Below, one piece after another: positions 11,983-24,734 of a stretch of DNA of 64,000 nt. How positions within the stretch are numbered: position 1 is the stretch's first letter; each line of letters starts with the position of its first letter. Source of the stretch: Klebsormidium nitens (taxonomy: Eukaryota; Plantae; Klebsormidiophyceae); contig DF236995.1 of assembly GCA_000708835.1 (NCBI GenBank), positions 218,551 through 282,550 on the forward strand. Reading direction: 5' to 3'. The translations under genes and the position numbers were made by a program. Under the pieces are notes generated by a model. It made no database searches, had not been told where the DNA came from, and was given only the letters and a program-made list of their open reading frames with translations.

Positions 11983-13934
11983 ATGAATCGAGCAGCACTC
12001 GCAGCAGCCATGGATTCATCTTGCCGACCACGCCGCATTGTGCCTGTCTCGCTCGTTTTGTCTATTCTTCTGTCCGTAGCCTACATAGGCTCCATCATGA
12101 AAGAAGAAACCGTGGCCTCCGGGATCAGAGCACTTGATGAAAGCGCACTAGAAGCGTGGCACCAGCCTGGGAGCCTCCCTTCTGAATTGCTATTGGCACA
12201 GATTAACCATCCTAGAGTCGAAGAACAGCAGCAGCCCTCAAACCTTTCCAAAGCAGCTTTGCGCCGGTCGTTCCCCAATCGATGTCAAGCAGCGTCTTCG
12301 GGTGGCACCGCGGAGGACTTCTTTGTGCACTGCTCCGTGCCACACCAGAAAGGAGTCCAGGCTCTGGAGGCGTACCTTGACAAGAGGCTAGCGAATTACT
12401 CTGGGAATCCGGAGTGCATGGGGGAGGTGTTAGAGTTCCACTGCCTCGAGTTTGCCAGCAGGCGAAAGGGCTGGTGTGACTGGACGCTGGCGCCAACAGT
12501 TCAGTCTCCGCTAGACAAGGACTTCCTCGTGCGACCATCAAGAGACTTTGCTTCAGGTTTAGACGAGCCACCAAGTCGAGCGGACCACAAGCTGATCTTT
12601 TTCTACCCCTCTTATGCGTTTGTGTCGACGCTAGAGAGGTCACTTGTCGCTCTACAGCACCCCAATCACATCTTCCTCATAAACGTAGACGCTCAAGAGT
12701 ATGCTGATCCAGTGTTGGTCTCCGCCGCGCAAGAGCTCGCGACAAAGCTGAATAGTGCGTACCATGACAATGTGTTCTTGGTTCAGCTAGGCCGCGTTGT
12801 CTATGAGACTTCATCGCAGGTTCTAGCAGCTTGGCCGTTCATGAGGTGGTGTCTAGACCACGTCGGGGGGTGGACGCACTTCATTCTGACGGATGCGCAG
12901 ACTTATCCCCTGCTCTCAAACACAAAGCTGAGGGAGACGCTCTGGGACAGGCGGGACAAGATTTTCTTCAAACAGTTTCCGTACAAGATCAGCCCTGTGG
13001 GTGCAGACAAAGGAGGTACGCAAGTTGACTCCCCCCGATCCTCTAACCTGCCTTTCAAAGTTAGATGAAGTCTTCAGAGTTCAAGTCGAATGCCTTAACG
13101 TCAGTCATGGATTCAGGAACAAGCCCTTCAACAGGAATACAGGATGCTTCAGAGCAATATTGAATAAGCCGCGCAATGGCTGTACTGCGCAAGTGCATAT
13201 AGTGCATGCTTACAATTGGCCCCGGGAGTTGGTTAGGGTCTGGTTTGCATCGGGATGTCTCTGTGGAAGATCGGCTGTGGTACCGTGACAGTAGTATTCT
13301 GTAGAGCCACTTTTCTAAAAGACCTGCATGTTTGCTTGCCGCTCCTCATCTCTAAACTTGTGCAATCCACGTTTCAGCTGAGCTACGGCGGTATAAGGAG
13401 ATTTTGCCATACTGCGAAGGGTATCGAAACGAGCGGCATGTCTACTACCAGCAGGCCTCGGCACTGGGGAGCTGGACGGATGACAATGGGCAGCTTCGAG
13501 ACGGGTATAAGCGCGTAGATTGGCTTGAAGTCCAGTTGCAGATTGGCTGGCAGTTTGGGAAGGCGGGGGGAAACATGGTCATTGTACCTAGAGACCTTGC
13601 ACAGTACTTAATTCACTCGCCGGAAGCCAAGATGTGGACACAATACTTCAAGTACACGCATAACGCGTGCGAGCATCTTATCGTTTCGCTTGTCCAATAC
13701 TACTTCAAAGATAAAGTGGTGCAGGACTATGGATCTTGTTTCATGCTGTGGGGGACAGGACCAGAAAACATCATACTTGGTGAGACAAACATACAAAACA
13801 TGCGAGACGGAGACATGCGGTGTTTGTTTGCTAGGAAGCTTAGGGTCCCAGAATCCTTAGAGATTTTAAGCAAGATTGACAAGGAGCTTCGTGTTGACGT
13901 AAGTCCAGTTCCCGAGGCCAACGAAGACCAATAA
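11983..13934 (+). CDS. GT14 (Core-2/I-branching, xylosyltransferase/GlcAT14-like) type II membrane glycosyltransferase
   Basis: N-terminal TM segment (IVPVSLVLSILLSVAYIGSIM). Motifs LERSLVALQHPNHIFLINVDA, WTHFILTDAQTYPL and CLFARKL..ILSKIDKEL align with GT14 motifs LYHPxNxYxxHLD, WDWFINLSASDYPL and FARKF..VLDKIDKEL. Exon 1 11983-13015, probable exon from 13065, last exon ~13378-13934; the internal splice pattern is uncertain. Confidence 0.82.
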
Positions 13935-14021
13935 TAACTCCAGTCGCAAAATTTACATCGCAGAGTCGCGAACTCATGGTGCTTCTTGTTCATTTGACCT
14001 TCCGCATACAGAGAGGGCTCC

Positions 14022-17000
14022 TCAAACCCTGTCCCTAACGGTAGATAGCAACTTGTTGAAGGCTCCGTCTAGAACTGGTATTGTCTTTTCAAGACCTGCA
14101 CAAAATAAATACACCCAAGTTTTTAGGAAAGCTCCTGATCACGGGCTTCTATTATCGTGATGATCCTCCTTCTACCAGATTGATTCACATGGCCTCTCCA
14201 TATTTGTGGAGGTACCCCTTTGACATATAAGGGCTTGTCGCAATCAGCAAAGTCAAAGTTCGGCCAATGATTGGGCTGAGCTTGCTCGGCGGCACCAGGC
14301 GACGGCCTCTGCCTTGCACACGAACAACAACGCTTCACGAGAACCCGTCTCTTTGTCACAGCATGTATGGCCGTTCTAAACGCACAAACATAACTCCTCA
14401 AGCAAACAACGAAGCCCGCTGAATCGGGTGGGGTTGAATTGGCCAATGCCGACCCACAACCTGCACGTTTTGGACCCCGAAGGAGTCGTTCAAGTCCTTT
14501 CTTCGGCCCCTATCCTACCCATGCGTGCAATCACCTTTTATAAAAGCTGCACTCGTAAACGGCCACATTCTCTGCCGCGCTTTGCCCAAGAGAATCTGCC
14601 AACTCTCTTCGGAATAGAAACGGGCCAATTACCGGTTCGCAGAGAACGATATTTTAGCGTTCGGCGCTTCTCACCAATATCTGCGGCAACGCGGTGCGCA
14701 CACGCCATGCCCGAAAAGGCGACCGCGTTCACCCCTTGCCCCGGGAAGCAGCTGTCGCCGACGCAGTAGAGACCCTTGAGCGCCTGCGCATAGAAAGAAC
14801 CGGGGATGTCTTCCCGTACTTTTCTTTGTTGTATGCAGAACTTTCCGTCCTCTTCCTTGTTGTTTGCAGTACTTAAACACGCGTGGTACTTGTTTTGTTC
14901 TCCGAATCGCACTTGACTAGCCTGCTTGACTTACGTACTATTTCGCGACCTTTCTCGCCCTCCCGTCTACTAGTAAGGGGTACTTCCTGCTGATTGTTTG
15001 CTTTGAGCGTCCTGATTGAGCTCCGATGCCGTTTTGCAAAGTGCAAACTCTCAAACTCCTTGTCGCCAGCTCAGCACCGAATTGCTGGCAACAACACATT
15101 GCAGAGCCCAGGATCGCGTACGGATATCACAGGGGACCATCGACGACTTTAATTACGTTTTATGCGCAAGCAGCACACACCCGTGGTTCAGCACTAACCC
15201 CTGGTTAATAATGGCTTACCGTGGTGTTGAACGGCATGCCCAAGAGCCCCAGCGGTCGCCGAGAGGGAACCGGTCCGTAGGTACCGTCCTCCCGCGCCAG
15301 GAACTTTCGGTGCGTTCGCGGGGTGCCCACTTCCCGAAAGACGGTTGCTTGTCTCAGACCCTTGAACCCTAACCCCTTTTCTAGCCGATCGACGATCTCG
15401 TCGGCTACTTGTTCTTTCTTTTGTCGGTAGTCGGCGGGCGAGAGGCCCTGCACAGAAGGTAAGAACAACAATTCAGAAAATTCAACAGGCAGTCGGATTG
15501 TCTATCCTTAACAAAGGACTTTGCGCTCAAGTGGTTGGCTAGAAGTTCAGGATTGGGTACCGTTCAGCGCTTTAGCCAGAATGAGGCCAGCAACGTTGCT
15601 TGACTTCGTAGGAATACCTCTCAGATGGTCGTACAAAAGAATGACCGGAGAAGCTTTCGAAGAGCCCACATCGGTCAAGTGCGATCGAGTGCAGTCCCTC
15701 AGCTAGGACCTGCGCTTTCCTTTTCATAGCCTACCAGCCCATAGCAGAGGCAATTGTCAATCATGCCGTCAGTTCAACGTTCCAGACTGCCATCGTGCAT
15801 GCTCTCTGCCGTCAAAGAGGCATAAATAGAGCGGAACGGAGTGCATCGAGCACACATCCGAAATCTTCAAGGATAGTTTCGGACATCCTCACTGCAAGAA
15901 CTCTTCGCTCCCTCACGAGTTCTGCTGACACATAAACGAGCACAACCCTCGAAGCACGAACGGGAGTCTCGGACGCCGCCAGGCTGCAAGCCGTTCTAAA
16001 AAATCACGCTCTCCCGATTTCTACGAAAACAGCCACCTCATCACACCCTTTGCAAATGCGAGACCGATTTTAAAGCGAAGGGCAAGGTTTGTTTTGCGGA
16101 GATTCACCTCCCATTCTTCGATCCAGCACGGCGTGAAGGCGTGCACTATGTGGCGGTCTTTCGGCGCCACCGACTTGTCCAGCATCGTGGGCATGCTCAC
16201 GAAAATGGTCCCGTATGACTCCTCCATTTTCGACCAGTCCTGCACAGGGTTTGGAATCTCAAGAATTGGTCACCTTTCTTTTCAGAACTGGAAATTGAGT
16301 CGACCGATTTGATGACCGATTCGATTGGGGTCCAGCATCGTGGGCATGCTCACAAAGATAGTCCGGTAGGACTCCTCCATCTTCGACCAGTCCTGCACGA
16401 AAGTGGGGCGCTCCTTCGGCTTTTTGGTTGCTTTTCGTTTCAGAGGTAGGGTTTAAGCTCGACGACTTTGAGGATGCTTATGCAAATGGTCCCAAACGAC
16501 TCCTCCATCTTCGACCAGTCCTGCACAGGGTTGGAATCTCAAGAATTGGTCACCTTTCTGTTCAGAAGTGGAAATTGAGTCGACCGATTTGATGACCGAT
16601 TCGATTGGGGTCCAGCATCGTGGGCATGCTCACAAAGATAGTCCGGTAGGACTCCTCCATCTTCGACCAGTCCTGCACGGAAGTGGGGCGCTCTGTAGGT
16701 TTTGCTCGCTTTTCTTTTCAAACTTAGGGTTTCAGCTCAACCAATTCGAGAATGCTTACAAAGATAGTCGCGTAAGAGTTCTCCATCTTCGACCAGTCCT
16801 GCACGGAAGTGGGGCGCTCCTTCAGCTTTTTAGTCGCTTTTCTTTTCAAATCTGGGGTTTTAAGCTCGCCGACTTCGAGGATGCTTATGAACATGGTCCC
16901 TTACGACTCCTTCATCTTCGACCAGTCCTGGACAGGGTTTGAGCAATTTCAGGTTTTGGTCACCTTTCTTGTCAAAAGATGGAACTGAGCTCGACAGCTC

Positions 17001-20000
17001 AAAAAACTGCTTCATCATCGGGGCTTGCTCACGGGAATGGTCCCGTACGACTCCTCCATTTTCGACCAGTCCTGCAAAGAGTAAGGGACTCCTTCATGGC
17101 CTTGGCCGCTTTCTTCTCAAGAGTAGGATTCGAGCTCGAAGAACTTGAGGGTAGGAACTAAAGGTCTCGAGGGCATGCTCACGAAAATGCTTCCACACGC
17201 ATCCTCCATCTTCGACCAGCCCTGTACCAGTTCTCGATATCCGTCAAATCTAGTGACTGCCTTTTTCACGCCGACTTTTGAGCTCGTCACCCTTGAGTAT
17301 CGGGTCGCATCGGACTCGCCATACTTGAGGAAGGCGGTTTCGAGGTCAAAATTCCGGAGATTGGATCACGACGAAGAGGGCGTTGAACCTTCTAAAGCGT
17401 CGCTAACAGGCAAACCTAGGCATGAACTCCGGTTGCCGCCAGAGCTACGTCGCAACGTGGATGGGGCGACTAGAACAGCTACTCGCGGGCTTCACAGTCG
17501 CCGCACGTAGGACGTGACGCATGACGCCCTCCTTGAAAAACCCCTTGCTATTCAGAATGCAAATCTTGGATCTGTTCGATGGACGAACTTCTAGCTCTAA
17601 GAGATTATGATTCTCCAAGACAAAAGAGACTCTGGATCTTTCCAAGCAGTGATGTTGTAGCTCCTCGAGACTATTATCTGCCGTCAGATCTAACCTTTGG
17701 TGCCCAGGTCGAAACGGAAAGAACGTCAATTGCAGCGCCTCATCTCAAGCACCATGTGATGGACGTCTGAGTCGGTTCTAAGCGAGATCAGGTTGCAGGA
17801 TAAGACCGAACGTCCGGAAACCCGATTTAGTAGCTTCAGGAGATTGATATCTGCAGTAAATGGTGGCCAAGAAATTGCCATCCGCCGTTGATTGTTCAGC
17901 AACAGTTGCCAAGACGCAAGAAAGGTCTAAGAAACAGAGCGCCTCACCTCGAGCACCACGCAATGAACGTCTGAATCGACTAGCAGTGCGTCAGTGGAAA
18001 ACAAATCTCCCAAGCATCTTTAAGAGATAAGCGATAGTAAGGTAATACAATGTGCACCGCACCTCGAGCACCATGTGGTGGCGTCCGAGGATTGGTAGAT
18101 GCCCTCCTTGGGGAAAAAATTGCTGGAAACGTCCGAAACGTCCAACTCGTCCAAAGTGTGTAGCTTCTGGAATTGTATCTGCCATCAAACGGTGCTCAAG
18201 GAAGCGCCATCCGCTATCGAAATCAGCGGCTGGCGGTTTCAACAGCGCTCGTAACTCTGATCAACAGGTGCAAGTATATTGCCTCACCTCGAGCACCATG
18301 TGGTGGACGTCCGAATCGTCCGGCAGCGCGTCCGCTCGGACGCCCATGTGGATCGACAGGAACGACGGCGACTTGCGGTACCGCGTCTGGAACTTCTTCT
18401 CGGCGTCCGGCATGTTCTCTGGTTCTAGCAGCTTTTCTGCAGGAGCGAGAAAACGTGTACGGTGGGCTCGATCACGGCAACCAGACAGCATCCCTCCTGG
18501 AAGTAGTGCATCAGCGAGATGCAATGACATGGAATAAAGACGCATTGGACAAGAGTCACGGTCCTCGGACTGTGCATAAGACGGTCCAAAGAGAGCCAGA
18601 AGAAATGAGGGGAAGAGTAGCTCAAAGAAAACTCGCTTCTTTGAGTAAGGAACGCACCCCTTGGCCTCCCGTCTCTTGATAGCCAATCGGCTTGACTGTA
18701 TGGATCAAAAGCTGTCGGTTAGAAAAATCTCGACAGCCTGTGTCTGTAGAAGCGCGTCGTGTTTGTTTCGTTCGCGTGAAAGTCGGCAGAAAAAGAAGTA
18801 GAAAGCGAAAGAAGCGAGGCTCACCGAAAGTGTCCCATCTAGTAGCATTCGAAATGATGGTCTTGCCCTTGTACTCTCTCCCGTCCGTTAACCGCACCCC
18901 AGACTGCAAAGAAGATGCAAACAACTCAAACAAAATAGCTGCAAGGGGACGCCATTACGCATCGATGCAGTAGCAAATACCAGACACGAGATTACAAGCT
19001 CGTGCATGCCTCCAATCTAGCAGGCAAGCTCTACTCTTGACCGTTCAGTATCAGAAAGCAGAGCCGCTCCGCTCCAATCTGTTCGCTGAATTCGACTTCC
19101 TTTCTCGTAAACCCTTTTAGCACTGAACATTCAGATCCGTCTCTTAAAGGTGAAGGCCTGTCAAGAAAAATTGCAATTAAGCACTCTTAGCAATCTGTAG
19201 AGTTGCTATGCAGTATTGACATCCGCTGTGTTGACCTTCTCGAGAGCGTCGCCTCTTTCGGCAGATTCTAAGCACGCAGAAGACTAGAGATCGCTGCAAG
19301 AATATTTCAAGAAAGGATATCAGCCTTACCGCTTGACCATTTTCGACCAATATCCGCTTTACGTTGGCCTTGTACGCGATCTTGCCCCCTAGTTCCTCCA
19401 ATCCGTCTGCCAGTGTCTGTGCAATCCCGCCCACTCCCCCAATCGGATATCGGACGCCGCCGTAGTGCCGATCGCATAATACCTGGAGGCGGCAGCGTTT
19501 CTTGTTTGTTCGAGGCTCAATTTGAGCTGCGCCAGTGGATGCTGTCCGCTTGCAAACGTTGGAGAACCGATAAACGGCAGCTTTGAAGTGGGATACACAG
19601 TTCGCTGGGATCAACGTACTTGACGAAATAAGAGGTCAGAAGATGCATTTAAGACCAGGCCCAATTTGGCAGGAGGAATGTGATCCACTTCTCTTCTCGA
19701 TCATCACGACGCCGAGTTAATCAAGGCTTTGAGTGCTGCAACCACTGTTTCAACCGGTGTAAGCAGACAAGCATCTGGCAGCATTCGGATCGAGAGCCCC
19801 CGACGAACAGGGCAAAAAAACGAGCCAAACTTGTCGTCATTAAGCGCATCGTTTTTGGGACACGTGGGACGACCCGGTCTGTGCCACGGCCACGTGGCAT
19901 GCTCACCATGCCGGAGTTGATCATGGGAGTGAGGCTTGCCGGGACAGTGCTCCAGGCGTAGTCTTCGATGTCGATGAAGCGCAGAAGCGTTTCATCCTTG

Positions 20001-23000
20001 ATGTACTTGCGGGCGACGTCGCCAGTGTTCACCGGAAGGAAGTAAGCTGGGGGCGAATAGAGACGATCAAACGGGATGAGCGGGAGAACCGTGTGCTATG
20101 CAGAGAGAGCGAATACGGCTTTATGCGCAGTCGTCGAAGTCGATGGAACGGGGGAGCGTTTTGTCTTCGATGTACTTGCAGGCAAATTGGCCGGTATTAA
20201 CGGGGAGCAAGTAATTGAGGAGAGTGAGAGGGCGATCCGAAGGGGATGATGGGAAACACTGTGCTGTGCAAGAACAGCAAACTCCGCTCCTAGTACTTGA
20301 TGTAGACGAACCAGAGCAGTTCAGCTGGGATTAAAAGGACAATCAGGACGGGAACAAGCGGGAAGAAATGCGTGCTATCCAAGGAAGCGAGCATAAGGGA
20401 CGGGCGAGATACTGAATAAGCAGGGCCGCACTCTCTCGAATGAACACCATGAGTCGGTGTGATAGTCAAAGAAGAAGTTCTGGGGTTGTCTCAAGAGTTG
20501 GACAAGCGGACTTTTAGGGCGAGGGGAAAACAGTCTGCGCATACTTCGCAATCAGCAGGAGATGACAACTGAAGAAATTTGACGACGTCGTCAGATCCGT
20601 CAGGGGACTACGGCTTGTCTCCGAAGCTTGCCACTTGTAGAAAGAGGTGCTGGAGATCTTTGATGAATCCATAACCCAAAGACAATAAAGAGCAAAGGCT
20701 ACTGCAGTGAGCAGACTGGCGTGACTCGAAGAGGTTCTGCGAATGAAGGGCAAGAGAAACGCTAAGAAATGCCGGAGAAACGCTCACCTAAGGTTAGGCA
20801 GGCTAGGGGCTGCTTCACAAACTCGCCGAGCAGATACCGAGGCTCCTCGAGGGACTTCAGGTCTAGAGAGTTCAGAGCGTTGAAGATCTGCGCGTTGAAC
20901 GGGCAAGAATTATAAGCAGCAGACCTCAAGCTCACATTTTTGGATACTAAGACACTGTTTTAAAAAGTAGAGAAACCAAAGACTTCAATGGAAGCTGACT
21001 CTCAAGTCCGCAACAGCTGCTCGAGAAGAGAGTAGAAGCGACACATCCAAGCTTCACGTGGCTGTCTGCAACATTACGAAGTGTGAGAGCGTTCCAGTTG
21101 TTTTCACCTTGATGCGGACGACATCGTTTGTTTGCTTGCAGGATTTTATTGAGCCACCTCAGTGGTCTTCCAACGTCCATGAGAAGGGTAATGGTATGAA
21201 GGAGGAGGGGCACTCCATGCCAAACAATGGTAGACTCGAGGGCGTGCAATGAGACCCCGGAGGCAGCCAAGACCAACACACGGACAATACGTCCAAACAT
21301 GCTCACCATCTTTGGTCTGAGCACGGCAAACTGATTACTGTAACTGTCCATTATTCAACACCGCTTGCAGGAATAAAGCACAATCACACACAAAGTACTA
21401 GATTGAAGAAAGAGAGCTACTTGTACAACAGGTTGTTTACCCTAGACAAGGTCTGCAAAGCAATATCGTATATTATGGACAAACAGCAACAGCCAGAGAC
21501 CCGAAGTGGTCTCTACATTGGCTTTCAAAACGCAGCGAAGCATCTTGCGAACAGGCTCAAGACTGGCCCACCTTCCAACAGTCGTCGTAGAATTTGCGGA
21601 TGCCCTCCTTTTCGTGCGGGAACTTCGACGTCAGCTCCGCAATGAACTCCTCGTAGTCTCGGTGTACGCGCACGCTGAGGCCGTCTGGCAGGTGGTAGTG
21701 CACCATTGCGGGGTCGGGGATCGTCTCCATTTTCTTCCCAACCGCAGCGAGCGCGCGTGTCAGCAGGTTCGTTGTGCCCTGAAGAACGTAAAGAGCGGAA
21801 CTTATTGATTATACGAGCTTCTAATAAACTGCGGAAAGAATGGTTCAAAGACGTTCAAAAGGTGGAAATGCACCATCGCGGGGTCGGGATGGTCTTCCAT
21901 CTTCTTCCCCATCACAGCGAGCGCGCGTGTCAGCAGATTCGTCACGCCCTGGAGAACGTTCAGAGCGCAAAATAAACATCATCAAACTCCTCATATCTTT
22001 CTACAAAAAATGGTTCAAGACGTGCAAAAGGTGGTAATGCACCATTGCGGCGTTGGGGAGGGTCTCCATCCTTTTCCCAACCGCCGCGAGCGAAGGTGTC
22101 AGCAGATTCATCGTACCCTGCAGGACGGCAAAGCGCAAAAACCAACGTTCTGGTTCTCTGAACGCTGATACGTTGGCGGCGCCTGAAATAGATTTCCAGG
22201 AAAGCAAGAAAAACAGAGACATCCAAAAGGTAGTAGTGCACCATCGCAGAGACCTGGTTGGTCTACATCGTTTTCCAATGGCAGCGAGCACGCGTGTCAG
22301 CAGATTCGTTGTGCCCTGCAGGTGCAGGAAACGCAACAATTGTCCCTCGAACTCCTTGAGAAAGAATCATCTGGTTAGGCGGAAAGTGAGGAAAAGTCAA
22401 AGAGGAGGGGGAAAGTAAGGTATACGAAAATGTTGATAAGGTGGTGGTGCACGACCGTGGGGCAGGGAATGGTCTCCATCTTCATCCCAACCTCAACCTC
22501 AACGCGGGTGTCAGCGGATTCACTGTCCCCTGGAGGACGCAGGAGGCCAACAAACAGTCATTCAGGCTCCTCAACGAAGAACCTGCATTCTGACTCTCAA
22601 AAAAGTTCATCTGGTAGGGGGGAAAATACACGTATCAAAAGGAGGGGGAAACGGAGAATAAAGAGATCATAAGGCGGCGGTTGGCCATGGTGGGGTTGAG
22701 TTGCGTCTCCAATATCTTCCCAACTGCAGCGAGAGCCCTTGTAAGCAGGGTTGTTGTGCCCAGGACGCAGAAAGCACAACAGTCGTTGTAGTGACTTGGT
22801 AAGAGATGAGATCCATCGGGGCAAACGAAGAAAAATCGAAATGGAAGGTGGGGGGACTGCATTTGCGCCCATTTGTATATGTATCTCAGTTAGGCCATGG
22901 TGCTCTGCCAGACTTTGAGGGAGGTTCTTGCAGGATCATAGGGCATTTTCATAACCTGTCTGTGGGGCAGTGTAGACACTCTTTGAAGCAGGAAAAAGGT

Positions 23001-23954
23001 GTGATTCCAGCAGTGCCATGTAACCTGAAACTCTGTAGGGGAAACTTCTAAGCAGGCGCCAGCTACCGTGCTCTTTCAAAAAAGCTGCCAAACAAGAAGC
23101 TTGGCCCCCTCTCTTTCGATGGTTCCAAGCGTGATGGCAGTGCTTAACGTGGTGCGTCGAGTGGCAAAGAAGCATATGACATTCTGATGGCAGCATTGCT
23201 TTTATCAGCACTTCATCAGCAAGTTGGGGGGGCGAAATGGTGGACAGGAGGGGCAGCATCAGACACTAAGAGCAACTCCAACTTTGAGTCCTTATGGCAC
23301 AGGCTGCACTCGCACTCCTGCTGACATTGAAGGAAGTGTTGCTCAAGGTGCTTCGATTGTGCTTGAAAACCCTAATCGTGCGATGCAACCAGCTAGTGAT
23401 TGCAAAGAAGATTCCACAGATATGGAATGATACAACACATGACTGCGCACCTGATCTCCAAACCCGAACATCATGGAGGAGCCAACGTCGAACGTGTACC
23501 CCTCCCTCTCAAAGTAGGCTGCGCTGCCCCCCGGAACAATGTACTTCTCCAGCAGCAGCACTTTGGCCCCCTTGGCTGCAAGCTGTGTTGCTGTCACTAG
23601 GCCCCCCATACCACTACCAATGATGACTGCATCGTACAACACGTTTTCTTCTGGGGCGTCCACATCTTGGACAGGTTTGGATGGGGCCGCCACAGCCATA
23701 CGTGCAACATCATTTCGCCGTTTTGATGACTGCTTTGGGAGCTTTTGTCGAAGGCCAATGGCATTTGTCAGAAACGTATTCAAAGGCAAAAGCTTGACCC
23801 CGGTCACATTGGACACGCCAGCCTGAGTCCAATCTGATAGACATGGCTTTGCGCATCCTGCTTCAACAGACCTTTGAGACTTTGTACTCCTGCGGGAGCT
23901 GAAAGTGGCTACGCTGAAAGGGTCTTTAGCCAGTCTTGTCCAAGACGTCGCCAT
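14022..23954 (-). CDS. CRTISO: Prolycopene (carotenoid) isomerase, 11 exons, N-terminal transit peptide
   Basis: Exons 23954-23451, 21778-21572, 20887-20788, 20046-19907, 19482-19330, 18903-18825, 18436-18288, 16239-16108, 15447-15220, 14783-14675, 14095-14022 splice in frame. Motifs: [23 protein letters not shown] (FAD fold), [63 protein letters not shown], ending [24 protein letters not shown]. Confidence 0.97.
16108..17230 (-). repeat. Tandem array of 8 units (functional CRTISO exon 8 start plus 7 decayed acceptor+exon-start copies), period ~125-155 bp
   Basis: CGACCAG(T/C)CCTG core at 16231 (real), 16384, 16512, 16664, 16790, 16919, 17063, 17213. A higher-order ~281 bp duplication covers 16231-16400 vs 16512-16690. 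Confidence 0.95.
17735..18310 (-). repeat. Three decayed copies of the CRTISO exon 7 end plus donor
   Basis: Real GCCTCACCTCGAGCACCATGTGGTGGACGTCCGAATC at 18281; copies near 18058, 17941 and 17736. Confidence 0.85.
19995..20400 (-). repeat. Three-unit ~145 bp repeat of the CRTISO exon 4 acceptor region
   Basis: GATGTACTTGC...AAGTAA...GGGATGA..GGGA.AAC..TGTGCT.TGCA recurs at ~20000, ~20170 and (more decayed) ~20293. Confidence 0.75.
21690..22775 (-). repeat. Functional CRTISO exon 2 start plus five decayed acceptor+exon-start copies
   Basis: Copies at ~21859-21951, 22029-22123, 22227-22321, 22438-22535 and 22680-22770. ORF 22001..22339 even translates to [17 protein letters not shown] and [32 protein letters not shown], echoing the real [30 protein letters not shown]. 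Confidence 0.95.
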
Positions 23955-24734
23955 GGCTGAAAGCAAACGCTCCGTCCAATCTAGAACGTGTTTATCGGTG
24001 GCCAGAACCTTTCTCAACCCAAGACTGCCAAGAAGTTCCTTCCTGGCAACTTGCCAGGCAAGGATTCGTGCAGAGAAGTGATTGCACTTAAATTCAATTG
24101 CTTGTTGTCAAAAATGGGAAGCTTCACAAGTACCGGAGAACTCTGACCGGTCATCCTCAAAGTTCCATTCCTGCCTCGAGGCTGTCCCCAGGAGGAGTAG
24201 ACCTGCCCGGTGTATCAGGAATTTTCAATAGAAAGTTGAAAAGTATTCCTGTGAATCAGAGTGATTCAATTGGTTCATTTGGTTCCAAGAATCGTGATTG
24301 CGTCAGCATATCCAAGCAAGTCATATCGTCCATCTAGGAGGGAACTCCCTCTCGATCATGTGGACGTTAGTGCGCGTTTTGCGCGATCAGATCCGCAATC
24401 CCCGACACTGGGCCACAGAGAGGAAGGTGCAGTGTAACAAAGCTGTTTGAAAGGATTGCCTGCGCAGGCATTGGGCAAGCGCCGTGGTGGCAAGCCACAG
24501 CAGCAGCGGGCGGAAGGAAGGTCTTAGCTCCACGAGGAGATTTCCCATTTGGCGCTGCCCCACGTTTGTAACACTTGGGGTTTGCGGCGCCTTTCAGAGC
24601 CGCTTTTCTTTCTATGGCTTGTTGAGGCCATTGACCACCCAGTGAAGACAGAAAGAAGGACACAGCAAAGAGCTGCAGAACAGTACTGTGGTGAGCAAGA
24701 AGCGATCTACTGCTGTGTTCAGAGTCGAGAAAGC

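Noticed and set aside
14123-14446. Candidate last exon of CRTISO
   Set aside because: Exon 14095-14022 gives a proper CRTISO-like C-terminus, so this ORF is intronic.
16231-17230. CRISPR-like array (short conserved core separated by variable spacers)
   Set aside because: The repeat is the gene's own splice acceptor and exon start, the spacers are homologous to each other, and the context is a eukaryotic intron with no cas genes.
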